Shown: positions 8,908-18,944, numbered from the stretch's first letter. The stretch is 64,000 bases of DNA from an uncultured Pseudomonadales bacterium (GCA_964527065.1 CAZGNX010000001.1:45-64044); one strand, 5' to 3'. Notes: generated by a model from the sequence alone, not told the origin. A program made the numbers and translations.

Positions 8908-10116
8908 TTAAGATTTATGAGTCGAATTGAATGAATAATACAGGAGGCCGGTGAGAATGAATAGTTCGGTGAGCCCTGTGTTGAGCGCGGCCACGGGAGC
9001 GCCAAAGCGGGGGATAAGGATTAAATTGAGGAAACCATTTAGAATAGCGGCTACGAAGTAAACTTGCAAAACCACCTTCTCTCGTTGTGCACTAATTAAA
9101 CCCCACATCAGGGGGGCGGTCATAAAAAAGACAGGGAGCGAAAGGGAGAGGAGTCGAAGAGAAGTAACTGACAGAGAGAGTCCTGGGCGGATAGACAAGA
9201 TCCAGGGTGCGGCCAGGTAGGTGAGGAGCGCAAAGGCGAGGCCAAATACAGCCAGACTAGTAAGTGATTGTTTGATGAGGCGGCTGGCTGTGGCAAGGTT
9301 GGCCTTGACTAGTTGTGGATACATTGCGTTCATAACAAAAACGGGTAAAACTAGGAGCACGTCAAAGATGCGATAGGCAAAACCATATTCTCCTACTTCT
9401 GCCGAGGAGCGAAACACGCCCAGGATAATTGTGTCCAATTTGCTGGCTATTACGCTCGCAAGCAAAATCCCCCCCAGCGTGAGGGAGTCTTTGAGCAGCC
9501 CTAGGATGCGCGCAAGGGAAAAGGTGAGGGTGACCAACCTTTTGGCAAACGCGACCGAGAGAAGGGAGCTAGTTGCATAACCGAGCGTGTAGGCGAGGAG
9601 GTAATGGAGGAGGGAGGGGGCTACGTAGGTGTAATAAGTCGTCAAACCCGCAACAATGAGGGCACCTGTGATGGTGGCAACAGTTGTAAACCAATAGTTC
9701 TGTCGATACTGAAAGTAGGCATTCATCGAAGTGCAGACGCCCTGGAAGAATATGGCCAAACTACCGACCCAAAAAACAGACTTGATCTCTGTGGAGTAAC
9801 CTCCGGGCAATACAAGAACAAAGGCGTTGAGTATGAGTATTGTCACGAGCGAAAGCGTGAGTCTAGTGTTGATAATGTCGGTGAGGATGGGGCGGGGGGA
9901 GGGGTTGCTGGCGAAAAGACGGACACCTGTGGCGTTGAGGCCAAAGTCGATAACTGTGAAACCAACGGCAACTAGTACGAGTGACTTGGTTAAATCTCCG
10001 TAGGCAGAGGGACCTGCTAAGCGGATGATAAAAAGCGTGGTAATAAAAGAGAGTCCTGCCCCCACAAATTTGGCAACTAGTTGGGCGAGGGTGTTACTTG
10101 CGATTATTTTGAACAT
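8908..10116 (-). CDS. Wzx-type oligosaccharide flippase
   Basis: about 12 TM helices, DFGL, KLDTIILG, VGEYG.AYR, LNLILIPRFG. Confidence 0.85.
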   Translation of the reverse strand: MFKIIASNTLAQLVAKFVGAGLSFITTLFIIRLAGPSAYGDLTKSLVLVAVGFTVIDFGLNATGVRLFASNPSPRPILTDIINTRLTLSLVTILILNAFVLVLPGGYSTEIKSVFWVGSLAIFFQGVCTSMNAYFQYRQNYWFTTVATITGALIVAGLTTYYTYVAPSLLHYLLAYTLGYATSSLLSVAFAKRLVTLTFSLARILGLLKDSLTLGGILLASVIASKLDTIILGVFRSSAEVGEYGFAYRIFDVLLVLPVFVMNAMYPQLVKANLATASRLIKQSLTSLAVFGLAFALLTYLAAPWILSIRPGLSLSVTSLRLLSLSLPVFFMTAPLMWGLISAQREKVVLQVYFVAAILNGFLNLILIPRFGAPVAALNTGLTELFILTGLLYYSFNSTHKS

Positions 10117-10148
10117 GAGAGTAGTTTAGCACTGGGGTGGGTACCCAA

Positions 10149-10209
10149 AGGGTCTGACCTTCCCGCCGTTGAGTCTGCGGGTTGGGCACTTCCTTTAAGG
10201 TCAGACCCT
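10149..10209. repeat. 61-bp element with perfect 13-bp terminal inverted repeats
   Basis: AGGGTCTGACCTT...AAGGTCAGACCCT with inner cccgc/gcggg hairpin; contains the stop codon of the upstream gene. Confidence 0.75.
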
Positions 10210-11511
10210 CTGATGGCGCGTTTTTTGCTCACTTGGTCGTTGCAGTCTGACCAGCCTTAGATACAGTAAAATTACAAACAATCCTTGAGGTGAGGTAAGG
10301 AAGTAGTGGTCTAGGAGGAGGAGGGGAATAAGAGGAATTAGAAAGTAGAAATTAGGAATTAGGTGGCGCAAGGTATATATAATCGCTAGCGCGCCGAGCA
10401 CGCCGAACCAGCTCAAGAAGAGAGTGAAGCTATTATGGTCTGGCTGGAGAAGGCGCGTGTTGGGTGCGACGGCTGGGTAGGTAGAAATACTAGCTTGGGC
10501 ACCCGTGCCAAATATGGGAAGTGACCGCATAACGGACAGCGAGACTCTCTGCAAAGTGCGGCGCTCAGAGAAGGATAGATCGGAGCGAGAGGGTGAGAGT
10601 AAAGTAGGAAATAGGAAATAGGAAATAGGAATAACTAGGAGGACAAAATACATAATTTTAGATTTTGGCGTTTTAATAAGATAGAAGGGGATCACGATAC
10701 CAAAGAGAGCAAGCGCGGCGGCGCGAGACTGGGTGAGGAGAACGCCAGCGACAGTTGCACTCGTTGAAATAATCAATAACCAATTACCAATAAGCAATTT
10801 TTTTGTTGGGGCTATTTTGATAAGTATAAGAAGTGAGACAACAAGCCAGCCTGCGAGAGTGTTGGGGTGAGAAAAGGTACCGTAAGCGCGGAGTACGACA
10901 GAGTCCATAAACGTGCCTAGGGCGACGGCAGGTTGACCCACAGCTATGGTTCGCTCGCCCAAGTAGTACAACAGTCTGTCGACGGAATGCCCGAGTGTAA
11001 CTTGGGTCGTGGCGAGGACGAGTTGGAATATCATGGAGGCGCCAAGAGGAATTAGGAAGTAGGAACTAGTAAAGAGGCGCAAGGAGAGGGTGTTAACAAA
11101 TAGCGTATAGAGTAAAAGGTGGAGTGACCAGGAGAGGGTGGAGAGAGCATTACTCGTGAACAGCAAGTTCACGAGTAAAACAATCAATAACCAATCATCA
11201 ATAATCAATTGTTGAACATTTTTATTGATAAAAAAATACACTAGAATTAACAAATCTAGAAAATATAGAGTGGGAGAGAGATAGTCGACGCGGATGCCGT
11301 ATACGAGACTAGTTTGGGGCCAGAAGTGTAGACCCAGCTGGGTCGCAGAAAAGAAAATAATCAGGCCGAGGAGGATGTTAGACAGTTTTGGTGGCGATAA
11401 ATAGCCGCCTGTCTTGTCCGTAGCCTTCGGAATAACTCGTGAATTCTGCATCGTCCTGGAGCATGACGTGAATCTGCCTTCGTTCAGTGGCTGAGAGGGG
11501 AGGGAGGGCAC
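10201..11511 (-). CDS. O-antigen ligase/O-oligosaccharyltransferase (Wzy_C) family membrane protein; true start probably nearer 11385
   Basis: RAYGTFSHPNTLAG, LTQSRAA, PIFGTG, QPDHN..L...GVLG. Confidence 0.85.
   Translation of the reverse strand: MPSLPSQPLNEGRFTSCSRTMQNSRVIPKATDKTGGYLSPPKLSNILLGLIIFFSATQLGLHFWPQTSLVYGIRVDYLSPTLYFLDLLILVYFFINKNVQQLIIDDWLLIVLLVNLLFTSNALSTLSWSLHLLLYTLFVNTLSLRLFTSSYFLIPLGASMIFQLVLATTQVTLGHSVDRLLYYLGERTIAVGQPAVALGTFMDSVVLRAYGTFSHPNTLAGWLVVSLLILIKIAPTKKLLIGNWLLIISTSATVAGVLLTQSRAAALALFGIVIPFYLIKTPKSKIMYFVLLVIPISYFLFPTLLSPSRSDLSFSERRTLQRVSLSVMRSLPIFGTGAQASISTYPAVAPNTRLLQPDHNSFTLFLSWFGVLGALAIIYTLRHLIPNFYFLIPLIPLLLLDHYFLTSPQGLFVILLYLRLVRLQRPSEQKTRHQRV
10605..10631. 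repeat. heptamer tandem repeat (TAGGAAA)x3+ inside CDS
   Basis: taggaaa taggaaa taggaaa taggaa; encodes IPISYFLFP; same unit at 31711-31743. Confidence 0.85.
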
Positions 11512-11830
11512 AGGGTAGGCCTGATATGCGCGCTTGTTCTTTGGCGTTTTTCATCATGGAGGCTAGAGTTTCGAGGCGGCGAGTGCGGTAGCCGGCAACG
11601 TCGAGCAAGACGTGGCGGTGTACGTCGCCGTGGTTGAGCATGAGCGAGATAATGAGCTGGAGCGAGTCAAGGGTTTGGGCAAAGCGACCGATTAAACGGC
11701 CGGCCTCGGTTTCTTCCATTTCGATCGTTACTTTGATGACATCCTCTTCTTCGACTACGCTGATTTGGGCGGCACTGATGTCAAAATAGGCTAGTAGTTG
11801 TTCAATTTTAGCTAAATCACTTGATTGCAT
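11378..11830 (-). CDS. jag: Jag/EloR (KhpB) KH-R3H RNA-binding protein
   Basis: GRLIG..A.TLDSLQ, LDVAGYR, L.P.SA.ERRQIH, SEG.G.DR; position in yidC operon. Confidence 0.9.
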   Translation of the reverse strand: MQSSDLAKIEQLLAYFDISAAQISVVEEEDVIKVTIEMEETEAGRLIGRFAQTLDSLQLIISLMLNHGDVHRHVLLDVAGYRTRRLETLASMMKNAKEQARISGLPCALPPLSATERRQIHVMLQDDAEFTSYSEGYGQDRRLFIATKTV

Positions 11831-11839
11831 AAGGCCCCT

Positions 11840-12583
11840 TTATTTAAATAATTTAAACTTTCTGGCATATAGTGGGATGGCGCCTGGGCCAGAGACGAGG
11901 AGCTGTTGAATGAGAGAAAAGGCTGTGGTGATGACCCAATAGAGAGCGAGCCCTGAGGGGAACTGGAGTGAAAAAATCACCGTCATAATGGGCATCATAT
12001 AGACCATTTGTTGTTGCATAGAGGTAGCCATTTCGGCAATGTCTTGTTTGTCGTCTTTGGTGCCCTCGCGCCCAGCTGGCTCGTTCTCTACGGCAGGAAG
12101 AAGCGTGAGAGACATAACAAACTGGAGTATTCCAGCCAGGACCGGGAGAATATAGGTTTTGTCCTTGACTTTGAGGTCCCAGAGCAAAAAGTTTGTGATT
12201 ACTTCGCCCATACCATTGCCGCCGAGGGTGTTCATAAACACTTGATAGAGAGCGATGAGCACAATAAATTGAGCAATAAAGGGGAGACACCCGGCGGCAG
12301 GATTGACCCCGTGAGTTTTGTAGAACTCTAATTGTTTCTGCTGGAAGAGCTTGGCGTCATGTCCGTGCTTGCGCTTGAGAGCATCGAGCTCGGGTTTAAG
12401 TAAAGTCATCTTTTTGGCAGACTTGAGTTGCGGAAGCGTAAAGGGGATAAGCACGACGCGGACGAGCAGAGTGAGCACAATGATGGCTAGCCCTAAATTG
12501 TTGCCCAAGACACCATAAAGCCAGAGGAGAGTGTTAAGAATGGGTTGGTAAATGAATTGGTGATACATGCTGTTAATAATCAA
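11840..12583 (-). CDS. yidC: membrane protein insertase YidC (start probably ATG 12568)
   Basis: GLAIIVLTLLVR..L.P, NPAAGCLP...Q, PSGLALYW. Confidence 0.95.
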   Translation of the reverse strand: MIINSMYHQFIYQPILNTLLWLYGVLGNNLGLAIIVLTLLVRVVLIPFTLPQLKSAKKMTLLKPELDALKRKHGHDAKLFQQKQLEFYKTHGVNPAAGCLPFIAQFIVLIALYQVFMNTLGGNGMGEVITNFLLWDLKVKDKTYILPVLAGILQFVMSLTLLPAVENEPAGREGTKDDKQDIAEMATSMQQQMVYMMPIMTVIFSLQFPSGLALYWVITTAFSLIQQLLVSGPGAIPLYARKFKLFK

Positions 12584-12607
12584 TAATCAAATAACAATAA
12601 TCAAACA

Positions 12608-12820
12608 TTATGGCACGGGGTCAAATCCGCCTGCAGACCATGGATGACATTTTAACAGTCTTTGTGCAGATAACCAAGCGCCAAAGATAAGGCCGTGTTT
12701 GTGGAGAGCCTCACGGGCATAGCGCGAGCAGGTGGGAGAGTAGCGGCAGCGGCCATGGGAGAGACCAAGATTGATGGCTATGGCTTTACTAATTTTCAAA
12801 ATCCATTTTACAATTTTCAT
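12608..12820 (-). CDS. yidD: membrane protein insertion efficiency factor YidD
   Basis: [14 protein letters not shown]...G......[14 protein letters not shown]. Confidence 0.95.
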   Translation of the reverse strand: MKIVKWILKISKAIAINLGLSHGRCRYSPTCSRYAREALHKHGLIFGAWLSAQRLLKCHPWSAGGFDPVP

Positions 12821-12827
12821 TTAATCT

Positions 12828-13154
12828 TCAATTGCCAAATTTCAAATTGCCCAATTCGGAAATGATTAATTGTTTGGTGGCGAGAGATTTTTTGAGCAGG
12901 AGCGGTTTGTAGATGATTACTACGTCGAGTTTTTTGTCTATTATTTGTGGCCAGAGGGTATCATAGGTCAGGCGCTTGAGCCAATTGCGTGAAGAGGCTA
13001 ACTTGGAAAGTTTTTTGGGGACGACGACCGCGAGGCGGGAAGGGGAGTGGGGCGCAAATAATGTGCGGAAATGAGGGGCGGCTGTTTGTTTGGCGCTTGT
13101 GCGGAAGCGCAGTAGCTCAGTGCGGAGGGGGAATTTACTTGATTTGGGGATCAT
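12828..13154 (-). CDS. rnpA: ribonuclease P protein component
   Basis: RLAVVVPKK..K.A..RN.LKR motif; synteny rpmH-rnpA-yidD-yidC. Confidence 0.9.
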   Translation of the reverse strand: MIPKSSKFPLRTELLRFRTSAKQTAAPHFRTLFAPHSPSRLAVVVPKKLSKLASSRNWLKRLTYDTLWPQIIDKKLDVVIIYKPLLLKKSLATKQLIISELGNLKFGN

Positions 13155-13192
13155 AAGACAATATTAAACCAATGCACCATTAAACCATTTGG

Positions 13193-13327
13193 TTAAACGG
13201 TGAGCTTGGCGCGGCCCGTGGCGCGGCGGCGGGAGATGACCAGGCGGCCTTTGTGGGTGGACATCCGCTTCATAAAACCGTGGACGTTGCGACGCTTGAT
13301 TTTTTTGGGCTGATATGTGCGTTTCAT
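13193..13327 (-). CDS. rpmH: 50S ribosomal protein L34 (below ORF-track size cutoff)
   Basis: manual translation [44 protein letters not shown]. Confidence 0.97.
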   Translation of the reverse strand: MKRTYQPKKIKRRNVHGFMKRMSTHKGRLVISRRRATGRAKLTV

Positions 13328-13430
13328 AAAGTAATTTACAAATTGTAATTTACAATTTACAAGTAAAGTGTATTTTAGCAGGGGAGAGGGGATTTGTCAC
13401 GGTGGGAGGTAGTTTGGATATATTGTGGTG

Positions 13431-13450
13431 TGTGGAAAAGTTGTGGATAA
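13431..13450 (-). promoter_or_regulatory. DnaA boxes upstream of dnaA
   Basis: TGTGGAAAA (13431) and TGTGGATAA (13442). Confidence 0.8.
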
Positions 13451-13457
13451 TAAAGAT

Positions 13458-14804
13458 ATGGATATCCTATCAGTATGGAAGGCGGTTTTAAGTGAGCTTG
13501 AACTCTCTATATCGCCCGTCTATTTCCCCACTTGGATTAAACCACTTTCGCTTGCATCGATTGAGCAACTCAGCGAGGAGACAATCCTGGTCACAATAAT
13601 GTGTCCGTCGGGCTATCACCAGTCAATGGTGTCCCAGCGATATCGCGGGCAAATTCAGAGGAGTTTAGAGCGAATTTGTGGGGGAGGGGTAGAGCTTGCA
13701 TTTGTAGTTGGTCGAGACGATCCTGGTCCCAGATCCTTGCCGAGTGCGCCTTTGTTTGCTGAACCCCTGGCGAAGGAAGTGGGTGCGGGGTCACATAATC
13801 TCAACCCCCGCATGACTTTTGAGGCTTATGTCGTTGGGGGGTCAAATAACTTTGCCTATGCGGCCGCGCAGGGAGCGGCCAAGAGCCCAGGTACAAGACA
13901 TAACCCGCTCTTTATCTATGGTGGGGTGGGGCTTGGGAAAACACACCTAATGCAGGCAGTGGGGCATGCGATCTACCACGACCACCCTGACTGGAACATT
14001 ATGTACATCTCGGCAGAGACGTTTGGCAGTGATTTGATTGCGAGCTTACAGAACAAAAAAACTCCAGCCTTTAAGAAAAAATACCGCGCGCCCAATGTTT
14101 TGCTTGTTGACGATATTCAGTTTATTGCCGGCAAAGAGTATATTCAAGAAGAATTTTTTCACACTTTTAATCAACTCTATATGTCTCAGCGCCAGGTGAT
14201 TTTGACCTCTGACCGGCCTCCGCAGGAGATTGTCAAGCTCGAGGAGAGGCTTTCGTCCCGCTTTATGGGAGGACTAATGGTAGACGTCCAGTCCCCCGAC
14301 TTTGAAACCAGGGTGGCGATCCTTACTCAAAAAAGCGAGACGCTAAAGATTTCTATTCCGAAGGAGGCGATTGCCTTGATTGCAGAGCGCACAACAACCA
14401 ATATCCGCGAACTGGAGGGCGCCCTCCAGGGAATTTATGCAAAGGCCTTGCCCGGCGGGGGAGAGATTACGAGCGACCTAGTGCGAGAGTATTTTGGTGC
14501 AGAGCGGGAGAGGCGAACCCAGCGGATTCGCCCCCAAAGCGTGATTGCCAAAACTGCCCAGTACTTTTCTTTTAAACCCTCCGAGCTCTTGGGGAGTAGC
14601 CGCAAGGCCCCTCTGATCGCTGCGCGACACGCGGCCATGTATGTCCTCTATAGCGACCTACGCTTGCCTTATGAGCAGGTAGGGAGGCTAATGGGGGGGA
14701 GAGACCACACCACAGCGATCCACGCGGTCGAGAAAATCACCCAACAACTCAAAACTGACCCCGCGATGGCAAAAATTATTGCCGACATCAAACATGGATT
14801 ATAA
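13458..14804 (+). CDS. dnaA: chromosomal replication initiator DnaA
   Basis: NPLFIYGGVGLGKTHL, LLVDDIQF, QEEFFHTFN, GGRDHTT. Confidence 0.99.
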   Translation: MDILSVWKAVLSELELSISPVYFPTWIKPLSLASIEQLSEETILVTIMCPSGYHQSMVSQRYRGQIQRSLERICGGGVELAFVVGRDDPGPRSLPSAPLFAEPLAKEVGAGSHNLNPRMTFEAYVVGGSNNFAYAAAQGAAKSPGTRHNPLFIYGGVGLGKTHLMQAVGHAIYHDHPDWNIMYISAETFGSDLIASLQNKKTPAFKKKYRAPNVLLVDDIQFIAGKEYIQEEFFHTFNQLYMSQRQVILTSDRPPQEIVKLEERLSSRFMGGLMVDVQSPDFETRVAILTQKSETLKISIPKEAIALIAERTTTNIRELEGALQGIYAKALPGGGEITSDLVREYFGAERERRTQRIRPQSVIAKTAQYFSFKPSELLGSSRKAPLIAARHAAMYVLYSDLRLPYEQVGRLMGGRDHTTAIHAVEKITQQLKTDPAMAKIIADIKHGL

Positions 14805-14965
14805 CTATGGGGAAAACTATGGTAAAAAATAGTTATCCACAACACTTAGGAGTTTTCCACATTGTTGTCCACTGGATTTTCCCCGAACCCTGCAGAGAAT
14901 TGTTCGACAATCCACCGGCTCTACTACTAATACCATTTAACTTAAGATATATTTAGTATTAGCTT
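14805..14965. other. replication origin oriC (DnaA boxes, DnaA-trios, AT-rich DUE)
   Basis: TTATCCACA 14833, TTTTCCACA 14853, TTGTCCACT 14865, trio tract CTACTACTAATAC at 14921, then AT-rich stretch, between dnaA and dnaN. Confidence 0.9.
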
Positions 14966-16063
14966 ATGAAGATAGAAGTACTCCAGGAACAAATGATGTC
15001 GGGCATGACGACCGTGGCGCGGGCTGTGGCTAACCGCGCTCAACTGCCAGCACTTAGCCATATCCTGATTGAAGCAAAAAGGGAGGGGTTGATACTCTCC
15101 GCGACTGACCTGGAGGTGGGAATGCGCGTGAAGGTGGCGGCAAAGGTTGTAGTCGAAGGGAGGGTGGCTGTACCCGCCAAAATGCTCCTAGAGTTTTTGG
15201 GCTCGTTGAACCCGGGGCGCGTGGAGATTGTAACTCAAGGAGACTCCTTGTTGGTTTCTGCCCCTGGGTATAGCGCCAAGTTTCAGACCATAAGCCCCGA
15301 AGAGTTCCCTGCATTGCCTGAGATAGTGGGTGACACAGAGACGTGCGTACTCGAAGGGAAAGCCTTGGCAGAGGGGGTTGAGCGCGTAGCTTTTGCAAGT
15401 GCGCGCGATACACTGAGGCCCGTACTAACTGGCGTATTATGGGAAGTCTCCAAGAAAAAGGTGCGCTTGGTAGCGACCGACGGGTTTCGCTTGGCAATTG
15501 AGGAGATTGTAGCCGAAAACAAGGGAGAGGTCGGGGCCTTTTTAATTCCCTCCAGGGCCTTGGTGGAGGTTGTGAGATTGCCCACCGAAGGGAAGATCAG
15601 GGTGGGCAAGTTGAGTGCGACTAACCAGCTCTTTTTTGAGGTGGGGGACGTTCAGCTGATGTCGCAGTTATTGGATGGCAACTTCCCCGACTACCAAAAA
15701 ATCATACCCAAAGAATTTAGTACAGAGATTAAAGTAAATAGAGAGGAGCTAACGCAAGCAATTAAGGCAATGTACATTTTCGCCCGAGAGAACTCGAACA
15801 TGGTGCGCTTCCAGATTGAGAGAAACAAATTGGTACTTCTTGCCAGCTCGAGTGAGCGTGGTGAGTCGAGGGCGGAACTCCCCATAACTCTCTCTGGAGA
15901 GCCCCTTGAGATCATCTTTAATGCGCGATATGTGCTTGACTATCTATCAATTGTCGAAGGCGAGCAGGTTGAGATAGCGATGGGAGGGAAGCTCGCGCCG
16001 GGATTGTTTTGTCAATCTAATCGCGAAGGTGGGCAATACATTGTAATGCCGATTAACGCCTAA
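14966..16063 (+). CDS. dnaN: DNA polymerase III beta clamp
   Basis: SATDLE, RPVLTGV, VATDGFRLA, G.FPDY..IIP, FNARY.LD, VMPI. Confidence 0.99.
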   Translation: MKIEVLQEQMMSGMTTVARAVANRAQLPALSHILIEAKREGLILSATDLEVGMRVKVAAKVVVEGRVAVPAKMLLEFLGSLNPGRVEIVTQGDSLLVSAPGYSAKFQTISPEEFPALPEIVGDTETCVLEGKALAEGVERVAFASARDTLRPVLTGVLWEVSKKKVRLVATDGFRLAIEEIVAENKGEVGAFLIPSRALVEVVRLPTEGKIRVGKLSATNQLFFEVGDVQLMSQLLDGNFPDYQKIIPKEFSTEIKVNREELTQAIKAMYIFARENSNMVRFQIERNKLVLLASSSERGESRAELPITLSGEPLEIIFNARYVLDYLSIVEGEQVEIAMGGKLAPGLFCQSNREGGQYIVMPINA

Positions 16064-17982
16064 TTTTTTTCTTTTGGAGCGGCAGGTAAACTTTGAGCAT
16101 TTAGAGGAGGAGGGGGTTGCTGAGCGTCAGCAGGAGGAGTAAGGGGCGACCTGGGAACACTATTTAACTTGGCAGTTAATGCATTTTGTTTGTCGAGCAA
16201 CTCTTGTGGGTTGGTGGTGATGAGCGCGTGTTCTTCGGGCGAGGCGACCACTTTCATGGCGACGTGGTTCTGACCGGCAAAGAAGAGGGCCTCTCCCACG
16301 TCGGCCGTGAGAAGGAGATGTCGCTCTCCTTGAGAGAGGAAAAAGGTGGTTGCCAGCTTTTCGATGGCGCTACTGCTCTGTTTCATGAGGACCTGAATAC
16401 TGGAGTTGCTGACTATGGCTTTGCCATGGTCGCTCTTGAGGAAGTCTTCAACATCCTGAGTAATGGTGGTTAAACCAAGGAAATATTTGCGGGCGCGTTT
16501 GGCGATGCCATAGAGAAAGGTGGCGGAGTCCTCTGATTTCATGAGGTACCAAGCCTCATCCACCACCAGGAGTCGGCGCTTTAGATCCCGCTTGACCTTG
16601 GTCCAGATGTAGTCGAGGATGATAAAAATGGCGGTGGGGCGGAGCTCATCCTGGAGATTTTTGATCCCAAAAACTGTGAGCTGGGTACCAAAATTGACGT
16701 TGGATTTTTGGGAGAAGATGCCCTGAAACGAACCCTTGACGTATTTCTCTAGGCGATCAGCGAGCCCGCGGGCCACGGCCTCTTCCATGCCGTTGAGAAC
16801 CTTGTAGAGATCTTCCATGAGCGGTGGCTCGAGGGTGTGGGTTGAGGGATCGCGAGTAATCCCCTTCATTTGATAAGTCATCACAAGGGCGCGGTCGAGG
16901 AGCGCTTCTTCTTGGGGCGTCATATCGCCCATCATAATTTTGAGAAGTGAGTGAAGGCTAATAATCTTCATGGCGAGCTCATTTTCGTCGGGCTCTTTCA
17001 TTTGGGGGAGTTCGAAGGGGTTGATGCGGTTGGGGGAGCTAAAGGAGAAGTCAATGTAAGTTCCCTTGATGGCGGAGGAGAGCTTGCGGTACTCGTCCTC
17101 GGGGTCGATGACGATAACCTCCGTGTCAAAGAGGAGCGAGCGCAAGATCTCGAGCTTGACCATGTAGGACTTGCCTGAGCCTGACTTGGCAAACACAACC
17201 ATGTTGGCATTTTCGAGGGTAAAGCGATCAAATACCACAAGACTATCATTGTGTTCGTTGATGCCATACATGAGGCCTTCATTTTGGGTGAGTTCACTAC
17301 TAGTAAAGGGGAAGGTGGTGGCGAGGGAGGTGGTGTCCATGTTGCGGTTCATTTTGAGCTTGTCGAGGCCGGTGGGGAGCGTGGTCTTAAAGCCATCCTC
17401 GATCTGGAGACTCGCGGTTTTGGCGACGATTAAGAGAGCGCCGAGCGCGGACTTGACGTGGTTGGTGACGCGGTCCAAGATATCTTTTTTGTCGTCGCGG
17501 ATCGTGATGTAGAGCCCAAACTGGAAAAAGCGCTCCGATCCTTTGGCCAGTTGTTCTTGGAGTGAGCGGGCGTCTTCGAGTTTGACTTGCGTATCAATAT
17601 TGATAATGCGACCCCGCTGAATGTCTCCTTGGAGCTCGGCCTCCATCTCGGCGATTTTGCGCCGCAAGTCTTCGATAACGCCCTTGCCGTCGACGGGGTA
17701 GATAAACATGGAGATCGAGAGGGAGTGGGGGAAGTTGATGAGCGGGGAGAGCCAGTTGGCGTTCACAAATCTGGGGTAGCCTGCGACGAAGAGAGTGCGG
17801 TAGTAGGTGTCGTTGATTTTGAGATCTGAGAAATCGACCTCGATGGCTTCGGGGGCGATGATATCTTTGACGTTGGTGGTGCCTTGGGACAAGATGGTGA
17901 CGGCGGGAGAGACCTGGGGGCCAGCATCTTTGTCACTCCCCTTTTTGGCACCAAAAAATGACGGCAGGTTCAGTTTGGGCAT
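16060..17982 (-). CDS. VirB4/ConE-like type IV secretion ATPase
   Basis: Walker A AKSGSGKS, IDPEDEY, INPF, Walker B LLVVDEAW, RARKY..TQDVEDF. Confidence 0.9.
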   Translation of the reverse strand: MPKLNLPSFFGAKKGSDKDAGPQVSPAVTILSQGTTNVKDIIAPEAIEVDFSDLKINDTYYRTLFVAGYPRFVNANWLSPLINFPHSLSISMFIYPVDGKGVIEDLRRKIAEMEAELQGDIQRGRIINIDTQVKLEDARSLQEQLAKGSERFFQFGLYITIRDDKKDILDRVTNHVKSALGALLIVAKTASLQIEDGFKTTLPTGLDKLKMNRNMDTTSLATTFPFTSSELTQNEGLMYGINEHNDSLVVFDRFTLENANMVVFAKSGSGKSYMVKLEILRSLLFDTEVIVIDPEDEYRKLSSAIKGTYIDFSFSSPNRINPFELPQMKEPDENELAMKIISLHSLLKIMMGDMTPQEEALLDRALVMTYQMKGITRDPSTHTLEPPLMEDLYKVLNGMEEAVARGLADRLEKYVKGSFQGIFSQKSNVNFGTQLTVFGIKNLQDELRPTAIFIILDYIWTKVKRDLKRRLLVVDEAWYLMKSEDSATFLYGIAKRARKYFLGLTTITQDVEDFLKSDHGKAIVSNSSIQVLMKQSSSAIEKLATTFFLSQGERHLLLTADVGEALFFAGQNHVAMKVVASPEEHALITTNPQELLDKQNALTAKLNSVPRSPLTPPADAQQPPPPLNAQSLPAAPKEKN

Positions 17983-18010
17983 AATAGTCTCAGTATATCA
18001 GCTAGCTGGC

Positions 18011-18128
18011 AAGTCGGTAACTCAGTGAAATCGGTAGATTATTATTCAGTAAGCCAGCAGATCAGTGTTTCTGTTTTGCTGATGCACGGGGTGGCTGATT
18101 TGCCGAAAAACCGAATAACTGGTTTCAC
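18011..18128. repeat. degenerate 9-bp periodic array in two oppositely oriented halves
   Basis: aagtcggta actcagtga aatcggtag ... ctgatgcac ... ctgatttgc cgaaaaac cgaataac. Confidence 0.45.
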
Positions 18129-18134
18129 AGCTCA

Positions 18135-18776
18135 TTACTTTGCGGCGACGTTGGGGGCGACGATAGCCTGCTCGTAATCTGAGGCAGTGGTGAATTTTTG
18201 ACCCTTGACCGTGGAGTTGTAAAAACTGTGGAAGAGCTTCATCAAGCTCTGGGAGTTGATTTGTTGGGCGGTTAACCCAATGCGGGTGAGTTGTTTGATG
18301 AGATGATCGCGTTTGGGTTCAAGGTCGGTTTTGGCTTTGAGGATTAAGTCCTCGGTGATTTCGACTTTGCCGGAGAGGGTGACGAGTTGATAGGAGACGA
18401 CAATATAGAATTTTTTATCGAGCACGTTTTGTTCGGTGATTGTCGTTTCAATAAAACTGCGATATTGTTTCATGCGCTCCTTAAGGACTTCGTCTTTGAG
18501 TTTTTTCTCCTGGAGAGAAAGGAGTTCGATATAGGCGCTGATGTCTTTTTTCTCTGATTTGATCACGATTTGGATAGGGAAGGAGAGCGAATTGAGTAGG
18601 CCCGCGTAGGCATAGATGGTCGCGTCCTGCTCTTCTTCGGATAGGAGGCCAAAGTTGATGGCAGAGGTTTGGATGACCAGGCTACAAATGCCGTTTTTGA
18701 GAATGACCAAGTCGTCTTGAACAGTTTCGATGTCGAGATGATCTTGGGTGGTGGCGACAATGACTGATTCGGGCAT
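18135..18776 (-). CDS. T4SS-associated protein (VirB4 N-terminal-like/TraC-like accessory)
   Basis: TQDHLDI..V.DD.VILKNG, INFGLLSEEEQDA.IY.Y..LLNSL.FPIQI; lies between prgI-like and virB4-like genes. Confidence 0.7.
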   Translation of the reverse strand: MPESVIVATTQDHLDIETVQDDLVILKNGICSLVIQTSAINFGLLSEEEQDATIYAYAGLLNSLSFPIQIVIKSEKKDISAYIELLSLQEKKLKDEVLKERMKQYRSFIETTITEQNVLDKKFYIVVSYQLVTLSGKVEITEDLILKAKTDLEPKRDHLIKQLTRIGLTAQQINSQSLMKLFHSFYNSTVKGQKFTTASDYEQAIVAPNVAAK

Positions 18777-18791
18777 GAAGCTAGTATAGCG

Positions 18792-18926
18792 GTTGTTCTC
18801 GCAATCTGCACGACCCCAAACGCAAAAGCGGTCTATCTGCGTCTGCTGACGCAGCGACCTAGAACTCGGCCTAACACGGCCTGCGTAGTTTTTGCAACTT
18901 GTGGCGCGCAGATCACTCGAACAATC
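18792..18926. repeat. long imperfect inverted-repeat element with branched head (copy A)
   Basis: arms ttgttc/gaacaa, atctgc/gcagat, gcaaaa/ttttgc; head hairpins ctgcgtc-tgct-gacgcag and ggcc-taacac-ggcc. Confidence 0.7.
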
Positions 18927-18944
18927 TCTTATTAAGAAGGAGAT

